Positions 37,426 to 50,088 of a stretch of 64,000 nucleotides of DNA are shown here, piece after piece. The translations under genes and the position numbers were made by a program. Each line of letters opens with the position of its first letter. Positions within the stretch are counted from its first letter, which is position 1. The DNA is taken from NCBI GenBank assembly GCA_036785375.1, contig JAWMAR010000140.1, forward strand, positions 868,001 through 932,000, given 5' to 3'. Under the pieces are notes generated by a model. It saw only the letters and a list, made by a program, of their open reading frames with translations, was not told the origin of the DNA and made no database searches. Source of the stretch: Leucoraja ocellata (taxonomy: Eukaryota).

Positions 37426-38001
37426 GAGATAAAAAGCTGGAACCATGTTTTTTGCTGTAAATTATATTGAAGAAGAGATGCACTTTGGTTCTAAGACATG
37501 AGAACTGCTACAAAAGCTGGCTGCCTTCAGCCAAACAAGGTTCACAGTACTTGAAAAGTTGATTAAACCATCTGAACAACATAAATAGTCTGCCTCATGC
37601 TTTACTTCATTCATTGGAGAGTTGAGATTTTTTTTAGAGAGAGAGAGAGAGAGAGAAAGAATTGTTTATTTTCAAATGTCCCGATACGAAACATATATCA
37701 CTTGCAGCCGCACAAAAGATATGTAAACATAGTACGCAGTGGACACCATAATAGACAACAAAAAGTACAACAAAAAGTAGTAATATGAAATTGAGTTGTT
37801 TGCAGAGTCTGCATTGTGTGTACATAAATAACAGTAATTCTGTGGAATAAATGGGCTTCACACAACATTTGATATTAGTGCAACTTGGGTGAATGCATCG
37901 CAACAAAGAGACGGTTTTTGTGCTGTATGACTCTCTTGCTCTGGCCCCAAAAATCTGCTCAGGGTGGTAACAATTTGGGATCAGACTCTATGGCATCTTC
38001 A

Positions 38002-38106
38002 TGGGCCTGTCCCACTTAGGAGATTTTTCAGCGGACTGCCGGCGATTGTCATGTTGCCAGCAGTGACCTGAAAAACCGGCAACTGGAACGGCGACTGTCA
38101 GAGTGG

Positions 38107-38143
<37 letters not shown>

Positions 38144-38806
38144 CGCTTCATTCACCAGCCAGTTGTGCAGGCAGGGGACAGGGCAAGCGAGTGGAGCGCT
38201 GTCGAAAAAATTCACACTGTGCAAAGCCAATGTGAGACAGGCACACACTGTGATGAACAGGAAGGTTGGCGCGGTAATTAAGGCGGGTAAAGCACAGTGT
38301 ATGGTTTAAAAGAGGGGGGAGAGCTGGGAAGGGGGGGGGGGGAGGGAAAGAGGGGGGAGAAAGAGGGAGAAGGAGTGGAGACAACTTTTAAGAAGCCAGA
38401 GATACACGGCTGTGAAGCTCGGCGGACATAAACATTACTGGTCAGTTATCCTTGGTTTTGAAAACTACTGCCTACATTTTTTTTCCCAATGAGCCAATGA
38501 AATTCACCAGTCAGCACCGACTACAACCTATGATAACCTATGAGAACCTTTGACCTCCTGGCAACCCATTAGGACCTCCTGGCGACCCATCTACCGCACG
38601 AGAATTCTCGCTACTCTCCATGCTGGCTTCATGTTAAAAAATTTGCGGCGACCATAATGAGGCCGCGACTAGTTCCCAGAATGTGGGAACTCCTCACGAC
38701 CATGAAGGCGACTCCCCGGCAACCACCCGCGAACGTGTGACGACCACGTGGTGACTGCATAGTCTCCTGCAGTCGCCTAAAATGTTGCCTAAGTGGGACT
38801 GGCCTA
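38002..38806. mobile_element. PIF/Harbinger-like non-autonomous element, 805 bp
   Basis: TIR tgggcctgtcccacttagg / cctaagtgggactggccta; flanks tca / tta; internal (ca)n at 38108-38142. Confidence 0.8.
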
Positions 38807-39544
38807 TTAGGATAATTCGGGAAGTGCTACAAAAAGGAAAGGCATCTGTATTTGATATGGATCCAATTGGAGCAGATACAAAGATCCTGTTGCAATTATC
38901 TTGGAATGAAGAGACATATTTTAACCGTGTGATTGAAAGTAAATCGAGATTGTGGCAAACTTAAACATTTTAGCAGTGTGATCCCTATTTCGAAGAATAG
39001 TAAAGGACACAATACGCATGAATTAGACAGACTTCATTAACTATTAGTGCTAAGATAATTTTGTAGTGAACATTTCTACATGTTAGTACAAAGTGAAGGA
39101 AAGACAGAATCTATGTGGACCGAGACTGGTGCTACAGGATCAGTGATGGGTGAGCAGGAATGTAAGTGACTCTGGCAGATAGTACAATGAAGCTCGAGAA
39201 GCCATCTTGCAGCCTTCATACCTACAAATGGGAAAAGGATCAAAGATATTGGCTAATGTAAAAAATGATGAAGATGAAGCAAAAACACACTCTTTTAAAT
39301 TTTCCAACACAAGGCTCAAATTTGATGTTGGAATTGGTTATAGATAAAGCTAGCGCATGAGGAAATTAGATAAGGGCGTGAGGTTATAGACACTGGCTGA
39401 GACATTGTTCCTGTTTTAGTGCTTTTAATGTCTTTTAATTTTTACTGTTTTTATAGTCCTGTCGTCTTAATGGTTTTAGTAGTTTGTAATAACTTTTTGT
39501 TGACTTCCCATGTACAGCACTTTGTGGTAACTGATGTTGTCTAA

Positions 39545-39680
39545 NNNNNNNNNNNNNNNNNNNNNNNNNNNNNNNNNNNNNNNNNNNNNNNNNNNNNNNN
39601 NNNNNNNNNNNNNNNNNNNNNNNNNNNNNNNNNNNNNNNNNNNNNNNNNNNNNNNNNNNNNNNNNNNNNNNNNNNNNNNN
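39545..39680. other. Assembly gap (136 N)
   Basis: Run of n in the sequence. Confidence 1.
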
Positions 39681-39717
39681 CACCATTCAGAGTTGAAAGC
39701 CAAGAATCATTTCAGTT

Positions 39718-40292
39718 AGACCAGCGATCCCTGTACATTAAAGCCTCTGTCCCACTTTAGAGACCTAAACAGCAACCTCTGGTGACCTGGCCCGCAACCC
39801 CAAAAAAAAATCAAGGTCAAGGTGACCTGCAATCTTCCACCACCTCCCACCCATATGTTGGCAACCTTCCTCGACTATGAAGAAAACCGGCTTCGACTAG
39901 ACCTGCGACAAAAAAATTATTGATTTTTAAAACGGCAACCTATTTTTAGTCAAAGCCTGTTTTAATCATGATGAAAAAATAGCTGCAACCTAGATGAAGC
40001 CTCGACCATTAGGGAGAGTGACCACTTTCGACCATTAAGGAGAGTGACCAAAACCTCCGATGACCTCATGGAAACCTTGGGTGGCGGGCAAGGTCACCAG
40101 AGGTTGCTGTTTAGGTCTCCTAAGTGGGACAGGGGCATAACACTACCCTACACACACTAGGGACAATCTTTACATTTATAGCAAGCCAATTAATCTACAA
40201 GCCTGTACATTTTTGGAGAGTAGTAGGAAACCAAAGATCTCGGAGAAAACCCACACTGGTAACAGGGAGAACGTACAAACACCATACAGACA
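39718..40292 (-). mobile_element. HE1-type SINE split by a MITE
   Basis: Halves rejoin at gtacat-taa-cactacccta. Confidence 0.8.
39742..40137. mobile_element. Harbinger-like MITE with ~59-bp TIRs and TAA TSD
   Basis: ctgtcccactt..gagacctaaacagcaacctctggtgacct.gcccgc.accc occurs inverted at both ends; TAA at 39739-39741 and 40138-40140. Confidence 0.9.
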
Positions 40293-40371
40293 AATAATAA
40301 GTAAGTAATAAGTAATAGGTAATAAGTTTAAGTTTATTGGCCAAGTAGCCTAAGTGGGACAGGCCCATTGA

Positions 40372-40520
40372 ATATAGCTCTTAGGGCTAATGGAATCAAG
40401 GGACATGGGGAGAAAGCAGGAATGGAGTACTGATTTTGGATGATCAGCCATGATCATACTGAATGGCGGTGCTGGCTCGAAGGGCAGGTACTCCTGTACC
40501 TATTTTCTGTTTCTATGTTT
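40372..40520 (+). mobile_element. CR1 3' tail
   Basis: gctcttagggctaatggaatcaaggg...gatcagccatgatcatactgaatggcggtgctggctcgaaggg. Confidence 0.85.
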
Positions 40521-40779
40521 ATAATTGTAAAATATAAAGTTTGTTATTATCGATGGAATAATGAAGTTCCACCAACACCTGTATGACCAAATAATATGAT
40601 TGCCAAACTTAGCCACAGTGCAGACAGTGGCGTAAATGTTTACTGACCGTGGTGCTGCACGGCAGACTGTGGTGGTGTGCGTATTCTCCAGCAGCAGCCC
40701 TGTCTTGCCCGCTTTCCCATGGAGGCCAGTGGCCGAGCCCTGCTCTGCTTGTCCCCATGGCCTAGAGAGGAGGGTGAAG

Positions 40780-41508
40780 AGATCCAAGATGGCGGCGGCA
40801 GTGGACACAAGGAACACAGGGCTGGTGAGCTGATTGGCTGCGGGAGGCAGTGTCGTGCAATTCGATGGTGCAGTGGGTCACTGGAGGCCCTGCAACAGCC
40901 TGGAGCTCGGTTGGATTGAGTGCCGCTCCAAGAGGCCGAGCGTGCGGACCGGACACGACCTGCAGCTGCTCGGAGCAGTGGAACAGCAGTGGAGGACACC
41001 AACGGCCACATTTAACCAAGCCGACCCTACAGTGGTGCCAGGACAATGCCCCTTTATGGCCAGGGTAAGAGCTCTACACTTATAACAACTGGGACTTGAA
41101 AATGGTGGCAAAATCCAGCAACACTTGTATACTGTCTCAGACTAGTATTCCTGTATACTTGCGCTGAATCTAAGATGTGCTTATGACCAGTAATACTTTT
41201 ACTGAATTATAACTTCACTGTTCTTCGGCACATGTGACAATAAAAGTGCCACAAATATACCATTGACAATCTGGAGGACACGAGTGGACAAGGAGGCCCG
41301 ACTATGGGTGGACATGGGGATGGGACTGGACTTTGTGCCTTTCCCCACAATGGGAACCATTGTGGGGGGATGTTTTGATGTTGAAACTATCTATTACTGT
41401 CATGTTGTTTTCTATTTTAATGTGCTGCATGGCAAAAATAATTTCACTACACCTAGGTGTATGTGACAAAATAAATTTGAAATTTGAAATTTGAAATTTG
41501 AAATTTGA
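40780..41508 (+). mobile_element. Two tandem Rex1-tailed non-autonomous elements (~40780-41250, ~41270-41508)
   Basis: First begins ccaagatggcggc (YY1-type motif); both end ttcact...tgtgaca(a)aataaa; the second has a (tttgaaa)n tail. Confidence 0.55.
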
Positions 41509-41552
41509 CAGTAAAATTGAATGCACCGAGTCCATGAGAAGCACCAACACTG

Positions 41553-41707
41553 AAGTAGGAAGTAACTGCAGATGCTGGTTTACGCCGAGGATAGACACAA
41601 AATGCTGGTGTAACTCAGCAGCACAGGCAACACCTCTGGAACACCGCCCACTCCCTCTATCCAGAGATGCTGCCTATCCCGCTGAGTTACTCCACCATTT
41701 TGTGTCT
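41553..41707. mobile_element. Inverted Penelope pLTR dimer with 10-bp TSD
   Basis: TSD accaacactg (41543-41552) / accaatactg (41708-41717); minus unit then plus unit. Confidence 0.75.
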
Positions 41708-42627
41708 ACCAATACTGTGAGATTGTGTTCTAATCACAAAACACAAACTTGCTGCCACCCAAATGAAGGGTGGAGCAATGACGGAGGAAGCCTGCGGACT
41801 TGGTATTTTGTAAGAATGCTTTGCTGTAATACTCTTAGTAGAAATACTCTCTGGTAGATCAGTAGCTCAGCAATAAAAATGGCTTTATATGCACAGAAAC
41901 ACAAGTTTAATTGCAGAATGGCATGTGTAAACAGTAATGTTACGATAAAGATTACAAAAAAAAATCCTTTTTGCGGACTCATCCACAATGATTACAATGC
42001 CCTTCATCATGGCCGATCTGTCATTTCACTCGGAAATAATGTCAAAATGGAAACATCTGTTCTTTACCAGAATTCTGTATTTCCATTTAGTTTCAAGATA
42101 GCAACTATAGTGTTTTCAAATAATAGCACTCCAACAGTCAATGGAAGAATGTACGAGAAATCTTGAGTGATCCATTTTTCCTACAATCAGGATATTACTT
42201 GTACACAAGAAATAAGATAAAGTGGTGTACAGTCCTTGTACACTTGCTCTACCATTTCTCAAGATCATGACCGATCTTTTACCTCCATCCGATTTGCCTC
42301 GAGTTCCTCAATTTGTATTTTTAAAGTTTTTATTGAAATACATTAAATCAAATTTTCTTCACAAATGCCATAGATGAGAAAAACATTTAAATCATTGGAC
42401 ATTTATGGGATGTTAGATGATGGCTTTGTCTGCCTGCTCTTATACATTAGCTAGGTATTATAGATCCCATGACTCATTTCTAAAGTGGCCAAGATATTCT
42501 CTCTGACTTTTATAATGTGATGCAGCATAAAACAGGCTCTTCAGCCAAACAAGGCCATGCCATCACCTTTTTTATTCTCCCTTCATTCCCATAATTTCCT
42601 GTAGATTATATCACTCATCTACACACT

Positions 42628-43436
42628 AGTTCAGTTCAGTTTAGACATACAGCATGGATCAAGCCCTACGGCTCACTGAGTCTGTGCCGACCAGTGGTCC
42701 CCATATACCACCACTATCTTACCCACCAGGGACGATTTACAATTCTTAACAAAGGCAATTAACCTACAAACCTGTATGTCTTTAGAGTGTGGGAGAAAAC
42801 TTGAGATACTGGAGAAAAGCCACGCAGCCACAGGGAGAACGTACACACAGCACCCTTAGTCAAGATCGAACCCGGGTCTCAGGCGTTGTAAAGGGGCCTG
42901 TCCCACTTGGGCGACCTAATCCACGAGTTCTGGCAAGTTTGCCCTCAACTCATACTCGCAGCATGGTCGACACGAGGCAACATGTTGAAAAATGCCTGCG
43001 AGAAAAAAAAGGTCACCATGGAAAAAATCGATACTTTTTTTACTCGTAGGTTTAGTCATAGTAGGTCGGCATGTTAGTCGTAGGTAATCAAGGGTAGTCG
43101 AGGGTAGTCGAAGGTAGTCGTAGATAGTCTTCATCATAGTTGAAGGGAGGTCGAAGGGAGGTCGAAGAAGATCGAAGGAGGTCGGCTTCACTCTCCACTA
43201 TTCGATGTCCAATTTTCCCGAAGTTAGTCGTAGCTAGTCGTAGCTAGTCAAAGCTAGTCTTCAATATAGTCGAAGGAGGTCTTCTGCATAGTCGAAGGAG
43301 GTTGAAGGAGGTCTTCTACATAGTCGAAGGAGGTCTTCAACATGACTTATTTTTCTCCTAAACTCTTCTAAACTTGCCAATTAGGTCGCCCAAGTGGGAC
43401 AGCCCCTTGAGGCAGCAGCTCCACTATCTGTGCCAC
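42628..43436 (-). mobile_element. HE1-type SINE split by a MITE in its tRNA head
   Basis: Halves rejoin at caggcgttg-t(a/g)a-ggcagcagctcc. Confidence 0.8.
42892..43407. mobile_element. Harbinger-like MITE with internal tagtcg(aaggagg) repeats
   Basis: TIR aggggcctgtcccacttgggcgacctaat / attaggtcgcccaagtgggacagcccct; flanks taa / tga. Confidence 0.9.
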
Positions 43437-43749
43437 TGGTTCCCTTCAATAATGACAATCCAGAATTGGTTAATCTTGCTTAGTTTTTAATTATTTGTGG
43501 CACTTTACAGCTTGCTGTTTAAAGTGGTTGCAATCTTTGTTCATTTGATAATGTGCTAACAATGGATTGCTATTAGATAAATGGGAAGTTTTACCATAAA
43601 TATAAGAACTTAAATAGTGATAACTTAGAGCTGACTATTGGTGGTACTTGCTGCCAATTCCACAGAGAATTATTGGGATTTACCCTTTTAACTATGAGCG
43701 AGTTCAGGACTTGAGTACAACAGGAAGAGGAAAACACTTTGGGTGACTT

Positions 43750-44259
43750 GTGCAGCTTACAACAAAATGGTGTGAATATTGATTTCTCTAAATTCAAGTA
43801 ACCCTTGCATCCCCACTCTCTCCATTCCTCCCCCACGCAGGTCGTACTAGAGTATGAAGAAGGGTCTCAACCCGAAACGCCACCTATTCCTTTTTTCCAG
43901 AGATGCTGTCTGACCCATTGAGTTACTCCAACTTTTTGTATCTACGGTTTAAACCAGCATCCACTGTTCCTTCCAATGTGTACCAGCTTCAAAGTTGTCT
44001 TGTTGAGTCTCATTGTCTGCAACTCATTTTCACCTTGGCCACAGCTAACAATGGCTGGTTTCCTTTATCATCGTTACTTTTTTGCATATCATTCATTCAT
44101 TTGTTCTATATCTCTCTATATCATCATCTATATCTCTCGTTTCCCTTTCCCCTAACTCTCAGTCTGAAGAAGGGTCTCGACCCGAAACGCCACCTATTTC
44201 TTTCCTCCAGAAATGCTCTCAGTCCCGCTGAGTTACTCCAGCTTTTTGTGTCTATCTTC
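43750..44259 (+). mobile_element. Penelope 3' end (GIY-YIG C-terminus plus pLTR) with nested pLTR unit at ~43851-43979
   Basis: ..SLQQNGVNIDFSKFK*; core ctgaagaagggtctcgacccgaaacgcc at 44164-44191; nested unit flanked by gtactag/gtaccag. Confidence 0.8.
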
Positions 44260-44394
44260 ACTGGAAATCACTATTCTCTTTACAAAATGTAATCGGTAAA
44301 TGGTCAGTGCACTCAAAACAGAGCGCATCAAAGAAACCAACATTTGCTGAGTTTCCCTGCACAAATGCTAGGTTCAAACATCTGCAACCTTTTT

Positions 44395-44647
44395 TTGGAG
44401 CTACAGCATGGAACCAGGCCCTTCGGCCCAACAAGTCCGTGCCAACCAGCCTACACACACCAGGGACTATTTACACATACACAAAGCCAATTAACCTACA
44501 TACCTGTACGTCTTTGGAGTGTGGGAGGAAACTGAAGATCTTGGAGAAAACCCACACGGTCACGGGGAGAACGTTCAAACTCCATTCAAACAGCACCCAC
44601 AGTCGGGATTGAACCCAGGTCTCTACCGCTACGCCACCGTGCCGCCC
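44395..44647 (-). mobile_element. HE1-type SINE with internal deletions
   Basis: aagccaattaacctacatacctgtacgtctttggagtgtgggaggaaac...cgccaccgtgccgccc. Confidence 0.85.
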
Positions 44648-45277
44648 TACGCATTTCAATGGAGATTTTGTACCAGTGAAAGAAAACAATGTGTATAAAA
44701 AAAGTTACATTAGAGAATTTTACTACATTAGAGAATATTTGTCTTTGCGATAATATTCTTATTTTAAAATGTTCTTTTGGCGATTAAACTTTTGAAAACA
44801 TTTAATATATATATTAGTTTTAATAGTTTGAGTGAAATGTTCCCCAGGGTGACCACTTTTGACCAACACCCATCGAATGGCACACAGAACACTACCATTC
44901 GGGCACAGGCTGCACTTGACCTGCAGGTCCAATCTGTTGGGGAACCCGAGCAGTGAGATCAGGCATCTGGACAACCTCATCAAAATCAGGCTGTCAACCC
45001 CTGATGAATAAGAGTGATGCCGTTGAACTCGCAAATGACAACAAAGAATTCGGACCATTCGCAATTCGGTAAATCTCCCATTCCATTGTCTAGTCTGTAG
45101 AACATCAGTTGTCAAGAAATTACGATAGTGCTTCATTAAGAACGAAATGGCAAGACAACTTCAAAGTTTTTAGCTCATCTAAGATAATTTATGTGAAAGG
45201 ACATACAACGACTTTAATTCCTTTTAATGAAGAGGTGCTGACAGCTACACGGTGGAATGTATGTGGGTGTTGTGTTT

Positions 45278-45950
45278 ATGGAGCTCCAGAAGGCTTTCAA
45301 TAAATTCCCTCATAATACGCTGTTAGTTTAAGCTAAAACCCCAGGATCTAACTGCAGTTAGAAAAATGGATAAGTGGTCAGAGGGAGACAGGATGCTTTA
45401 TGGGAAAAGAGCCGGATGGCAGGGGGGGGGTGACAAGTTTAACTCCACCAGGATTAGTGCTGGGGCCCTGACTGTTAATTATATCTACGAATGAAACGGG
45501 TGATAGGATAGAAAGTCACTGATCCAAGTTGGCTAATCGTACAAGATAGATGTTTTTAAGGGCCATCTAAATGGAAGCATAACATTTCAAATAGATTCTA
45601 ATCGTTTAAGTGCATGGACAAAATTGTGACAAATGGTCTTTTTTGGGGGGAGATGTAAGGGTGGCCCACTGAAGATAAAATTGGAATCCTTCTAATTGTC
45701 ATGGCAACAACCTCTCCCTCACTGTCAGAAAGATGAAGGAGTTAGTTATTGACTCAGAAGACTAGGGAAATTCAGCATGTCCCCTACAACTCTGACCAAT
45801 TCTTACTGATGTTCTGTAGAAAGCATCTTATCCAGATGCAGCACAACTCGTTTAGCAATAGCTCTGCCAAAAACCACAAGTAATTGCAGAGTTGAATTGA
45901 AGCCCACCACACAAACCAGCATCCTCCTCATCGATCCGTCTAGATTTCAC
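45278..45950 (+). mobile_element. Old CR1 RT remnant (~45278-45660) followed by old Rex1 remnant (~45700-45950)
   Basis: Degenerate QKAF.K.PH and G.VLGP.L..IY motifs, then LSL.V.K.KELVID and ..ESIL..C motifs. Confidence 0.6.
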
Positions 45951-46061
45951 ACCACCTCATGATAGTAGTGCAGACAACTAGTTATTCAAGTTATTCTAAG
46001 TTAGTCACTCAAGACTAGGAATGGCAGGGAGCACCAGAGCTAACAATTCCAAATTTAATAA

Positions 46062-46286
46062 TGTGTACTGATTGGGGTTGATCAGCCATGATCACATTGA
46101 ATGGCGGTGCTGGCTCGAAAAGGCCGAATGGCCTACTCCTGTACCTATTTTTTATCTCGGAGAAAACCCACGCAGGTCACGGGGAGAACGTACAAACTCT
46201 GTACAGACAGCACCTGTAGTCAGGATTGAACCCGGGTCTCTGGCGCTGTCAGGCAGTAGCTATACCGCTACCCAACATGCCGCCCT
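46062..46286. mobile_element. CR1 tail (plus, 46062-46152) abutting an HE1 SINE head (minus, 46153-46286)
   Basis: gatcagccatgatcacattgaatggcggtgc..., then atctcggagaaaacccacgcaggtcacggggagaacg... Confidence 0.8.
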
Positions 46287-46391
46287 AACAAAGTGATTTT
46301 TCTTTAATTCTGTGATACACCCACATTGTAGTCTCCATACCACTCACTAGCAATGTTTATACAGTATATTATCAGCACATGGAACTCCTAT

Positions 46392-47158
46392 ACCATATAA
46401 CCATATAACCATATAACAATTACAGCACGGAAACAGGCCATCTTGGCCCTACAAGTCCGTGCCGAACAACTTTTTTTCCCTTAGTCCCACCTGCCTGCAC
46501 TCATACCATAACCCTCCATTCCCTTCTCATCCATATGCCTATCCAATTTATTTTTAAATGATACCAATGAACCTGCCTCCACCACTTCCACTGGAAGCTC
46601 ATTCCACACCGCTACCACTCTCTGAGTAAAGAAGTTCCCCCTCATGTTACCCCTAAACTTCTGTCCCTTAATTCTGAAGTCATGTCCTCTTGTTTGAATC
46701 TTCCCTATTCTCAAAGGAAAAAGCTTGTCCACATCAACTCTGTCTATCCCTCTCATCATTTTAAAGACCTCTATCAAGTCCCCCCTTAACCTTCTGCGCT
46801 CCAGAGAATAAAGACCTAACTTATTCAACCTATCTCTGTAACTTAGTTGTTGAAACCTAGGCAACATTCTAGTAAATCTCCTCTGTACTCTCTCTATTTT
46901 GTTGACATCCTTCCTATAATTGGGCGACCAAAATTGTACACCATACTCCAGATTTGGTCTCACCAATGCATTGTACAATTTTAACATTACATCCCAGCTT
47001 CTATACTCAATGCTCTGGTTTATAAAGGCTAGCATACCAAAAGCTTTCTTTACCACCCTATCTATATGAGATTCCACCTTCAAGGAACTATGCACGGTTA
47101 TACCCAGATCCCTCTGTTCAACTGTATTCTTCAATTCCCTACCATTTACCATGTACGT
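46392..47158 (-). mobile_element. Young CR1/HER1 LINE 3' fragment with an open 223-aa ORF2 C-terminus
   Basis: ORF 46481-47152: QRDLG..VHSSLKV...LYNALVRPNLEYGVQFWSPNYRKD...LERRRLRGDLIEVFK; (ttatatgg)n tail. Confidence 0.95.
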
Positions 47159-47487
47159 CCTTTACAGCTCCATTGTGAAAATTCCTCATACCAAACACAT
47201 TTTAACAGGAGCCCAGCACTTTAATCTCGCAGAAAGACCAAAAATAAAATCTCCAGATGAAAATAAAATTCTGCAGATGCCAGTAATCTAGAAATCTCCC
47301 AGTGAAACAAAACTGCTGAAAATACTCAAGGGATTTGGTGCTATGTGAGACAAGGAGAGCAAAACAGAGTTAGCCTATTAGGTTGGTAATCTTTCATCAC
47401 AATTTATATGTTATCAACCTGAGCTAGTTTGTTAGATCTCCCATTGCACTGTATGGTCTGTTGGACATCAGTTTTCAGGAAGTATTT

Positions 47488-47860
47488 TATCCAGAGATGC
47501 TGCCTGTTCAGCTGAGTTATTCCAGCATTTTTAGTTTAGTTTTTAGATGCATCGCGGAAACAGGCCCTTCGGCCCACCGAGTCCGCACAGACCAGAGATC
47601 CCCGCATATTAACACTATCCTACACACACACACACTAGGGACAATTAAACATTTTTATATCAAGCCAATTAACCTACAAACCTGTACGTCTTTGATGTGT
47701 GGAAGAAAAATGAAGATCTCGGAGAAAACCCACGCTCTCATGGGGAGAACATACTAACTCCATACAGACAGCACCCGTAGTCGGGATCAACCCCGGGTCT
47801 CTGATGCTGCAAGTGCCGTAAGGTAGCAACATGCCACCCTTCTGTGTCTATCTTTGGTTT
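47488..47860. mobile_element. Penelope pLTR unit (plus) split by an HE1 SINE (minus, ~47532-47839)
   Basis: ccagagatgctgcctg...ccagcattt|SINE|tctgtgtctatctttggttt. Confidence 0.8.
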
Positions 47861-48216
47861 GTTAGTTAGTTAGTTTATTTTATTGTCATGTGTACCAAGG
47901 TACAGTGAAAAGCTTTTGTTCCTTAGCTATTCCTCCTTCTACAGATACTGCCCACATGCTCAATGTCTCCATCATTTTCCGTCCTTATTTTTGGAGAAAA
48001 AAAATGTCAGTTCTTTAATGTATTTTCGTCAATGGAGAAGCTCCATTCCAATCTGAGAAAACGACCTTGTTCAATTATTGCAGCATTGAGCTGTTGGCAT
48101 GGATCCGACGATATAATTGAACGTATTTTGTGATGACAGAAAAAGAAAACTATTTTTTTTGAAATTTGCTCTTCAGTACTCCATTAAAAAAAGAAAAACA
48201 TTGAATAAAACGCTCA

Positions 48217-48480
48217 AGAAGACACAAAAAGCTGGAGTAACTGAACGGATCAGATAGCATCTCTGGAGAAAAGGAATAGAAACATAGAAACATAGAAAAT
48301 AGGTGCAGGAGTAGGCCATTCGGCCCTTCGAGCCTGCACCGCCATTCAATATGATCATGGCTGATCATCCAACTCAGTACCCTGTACCTGCCTTCTCTCC
48401 ATACCCCCTGATCCCATTAGCCACAAGGGCCACATCTAACTCCCTCTTAAATATAGCCATGATGAGACCCTTCTTCAGAC
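48217..48480 (-). mobile_element. Penelope pLTR unit split by a CR1 tail (~48277-48458)
   Basis: gctggagtaactg...gagaaaaggaata|(gaaacata)n CR1|...gagacccttcttcagac. Confidence 0.8.
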
Positions 48481-48906
48481 ATGCTAAGACACCTTCAGAC
48501 ATTCAAAAGGCTCAGCTACTGTAATTTTGTGGCACTGTGATGGCATAATACCCCTTTTGTTGTATAAAAACCCAACAGTGACTAATCATGAGCAATTACA
48601 CTACAGATTCTTTGTCACGTGTGACAGAACGCCGCATGTGTGACACCTGGAATGTACTAGACATTTCATATGCACAGAATTATTTTCACCAAGATTGTGT
48701 TCCCAGATCTCACAGGCTCTGCCGCCAGTTTGAGCATCGGAGGCCCTTGCACATCTTCTTTTCGGCATTTTTTTCCATGATTGGTATCAGGGGTTATGGG
48801 GAGAAGGCAGGAGAATGGGGCTAGGAGGGAGAGATAGATTCACCAAGATTGAATGGTGGAGGAGGCAAGATGGGCCGAATGGCCTAATTCAGCTCCTATC
48901 ACTTAT

Positions 48907-49346
48907 TTTTTTTTAAATTTTATTTTTTTAATTTTATTTTTATTAGAAGTACGGTAAATTACAATACTACACAACACATATATCTTAATACATTTTTTGT
49001 ATCGCTTCATTTTTTTTTGAGCTTTAAGAAAAAGGTAGAAGTAAGGAAAGTAAAGAAAGTGCGCGAGAGTCGTGAAGTGCAAGAGTGTTGGGAAAAGAAA
49101 GCCCCTTAGAAAAGAAGTTAGAGAAGGAAGTAAAGTGAGAAAATAGATCCTAGAAAAGAAAGAAAGAGAAAATAGGAACAATCGCTCTATTATAACATTA
49201 AACTCCGCAGAAAGGGGACTACCAACCAAGTCTGTTTTTGTTGTTTTACCTCCCGTTACCAGGTCCTGATACCACTTATTTATTTATTTGTTTATTTAAA
49301 TTACTATTGCACCTCATACTTGTAATAGGTCCAGAAACATAGACCA
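48907..49346 (-). mobile_element. Young L1 3' fragment inserted in a CR1 tail (48783-48906), 13-bp TSD
   Basis: Minus begins WSMFLDLLQV* (ORF2 end), then 3' UTR and poly-A; TSD tcctatcacttat at 48894-48906 and 49347-49359. Confidence 0.9.
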
Positions 49347-50088
49347 TCCTATCACTTATGACCTTATGACTTTATGATTGTTTTCTACTTAGTCACCACT
49401 TTGTGTCTATTCATTTACTGTTGGAAATCTGGACATCACTCACATTTATTACTCATCTCTAATTTCCCTTGAGAACAGGGTGGTGAGCTGCTTTCTTGAA
49501 CCATTTCAGTCATCAGGTGAAGGTGCTTGTAACCGAGAGTTGGGTTGGGTGCTTCAGGATTTAGCCCCAATAATAGTGAAGGATCAGTGACATATCTTCA
49601 GGTCTCTGGTATTACAGGGTAGCATGATTCCATGCAGTCAGTACTGCAACCTTATTGCCCCAGGGATATGCCTTTGGTTTTAACTTTGGGTGCTTTCTAT
49701 GCATAGTTTTTACATTCTCTACATGTTTATTTGTGTTTCCGTTGAATACGTCAGTATCCTCCCACATGCCATGACACATTTATTAGGTTTAGTAGGTTTA
49801 TTTCATGCTGCTAATTACCGCCTAGTGTAGACAAGCGGCAAATGAGCATCTGAGAATGAACAAGTTGCTGAGATGCAGAAATAACAAGAGAAGGGGAATA
49901 GGATTAATGGTTGCTTTGCGGGCAAACCTTGGGCTTCATGGCCTCCTCTGGTAACTTGGAACTCCATGTGTTGGTTCAGCTTCACCACTGCTATCTACGT
50001 TCCTTAGTGCTAGAGGCTATGGCCTGGATAAGTAACAGTTGTTATACATTGTTGATATACATTGCATCCACAGTTGGTGCAGAGGATA

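Noticed and set aside
39435-39719. ORFs containing X runs
   Set aside because: Artefacts of the N gap.
43060-43340. Repeat array superficially like CRISPR
   Set aside because: Short irregular tagtcg repeats without unique spacers, inside a MITE; no cas genes and eukaryotic context.
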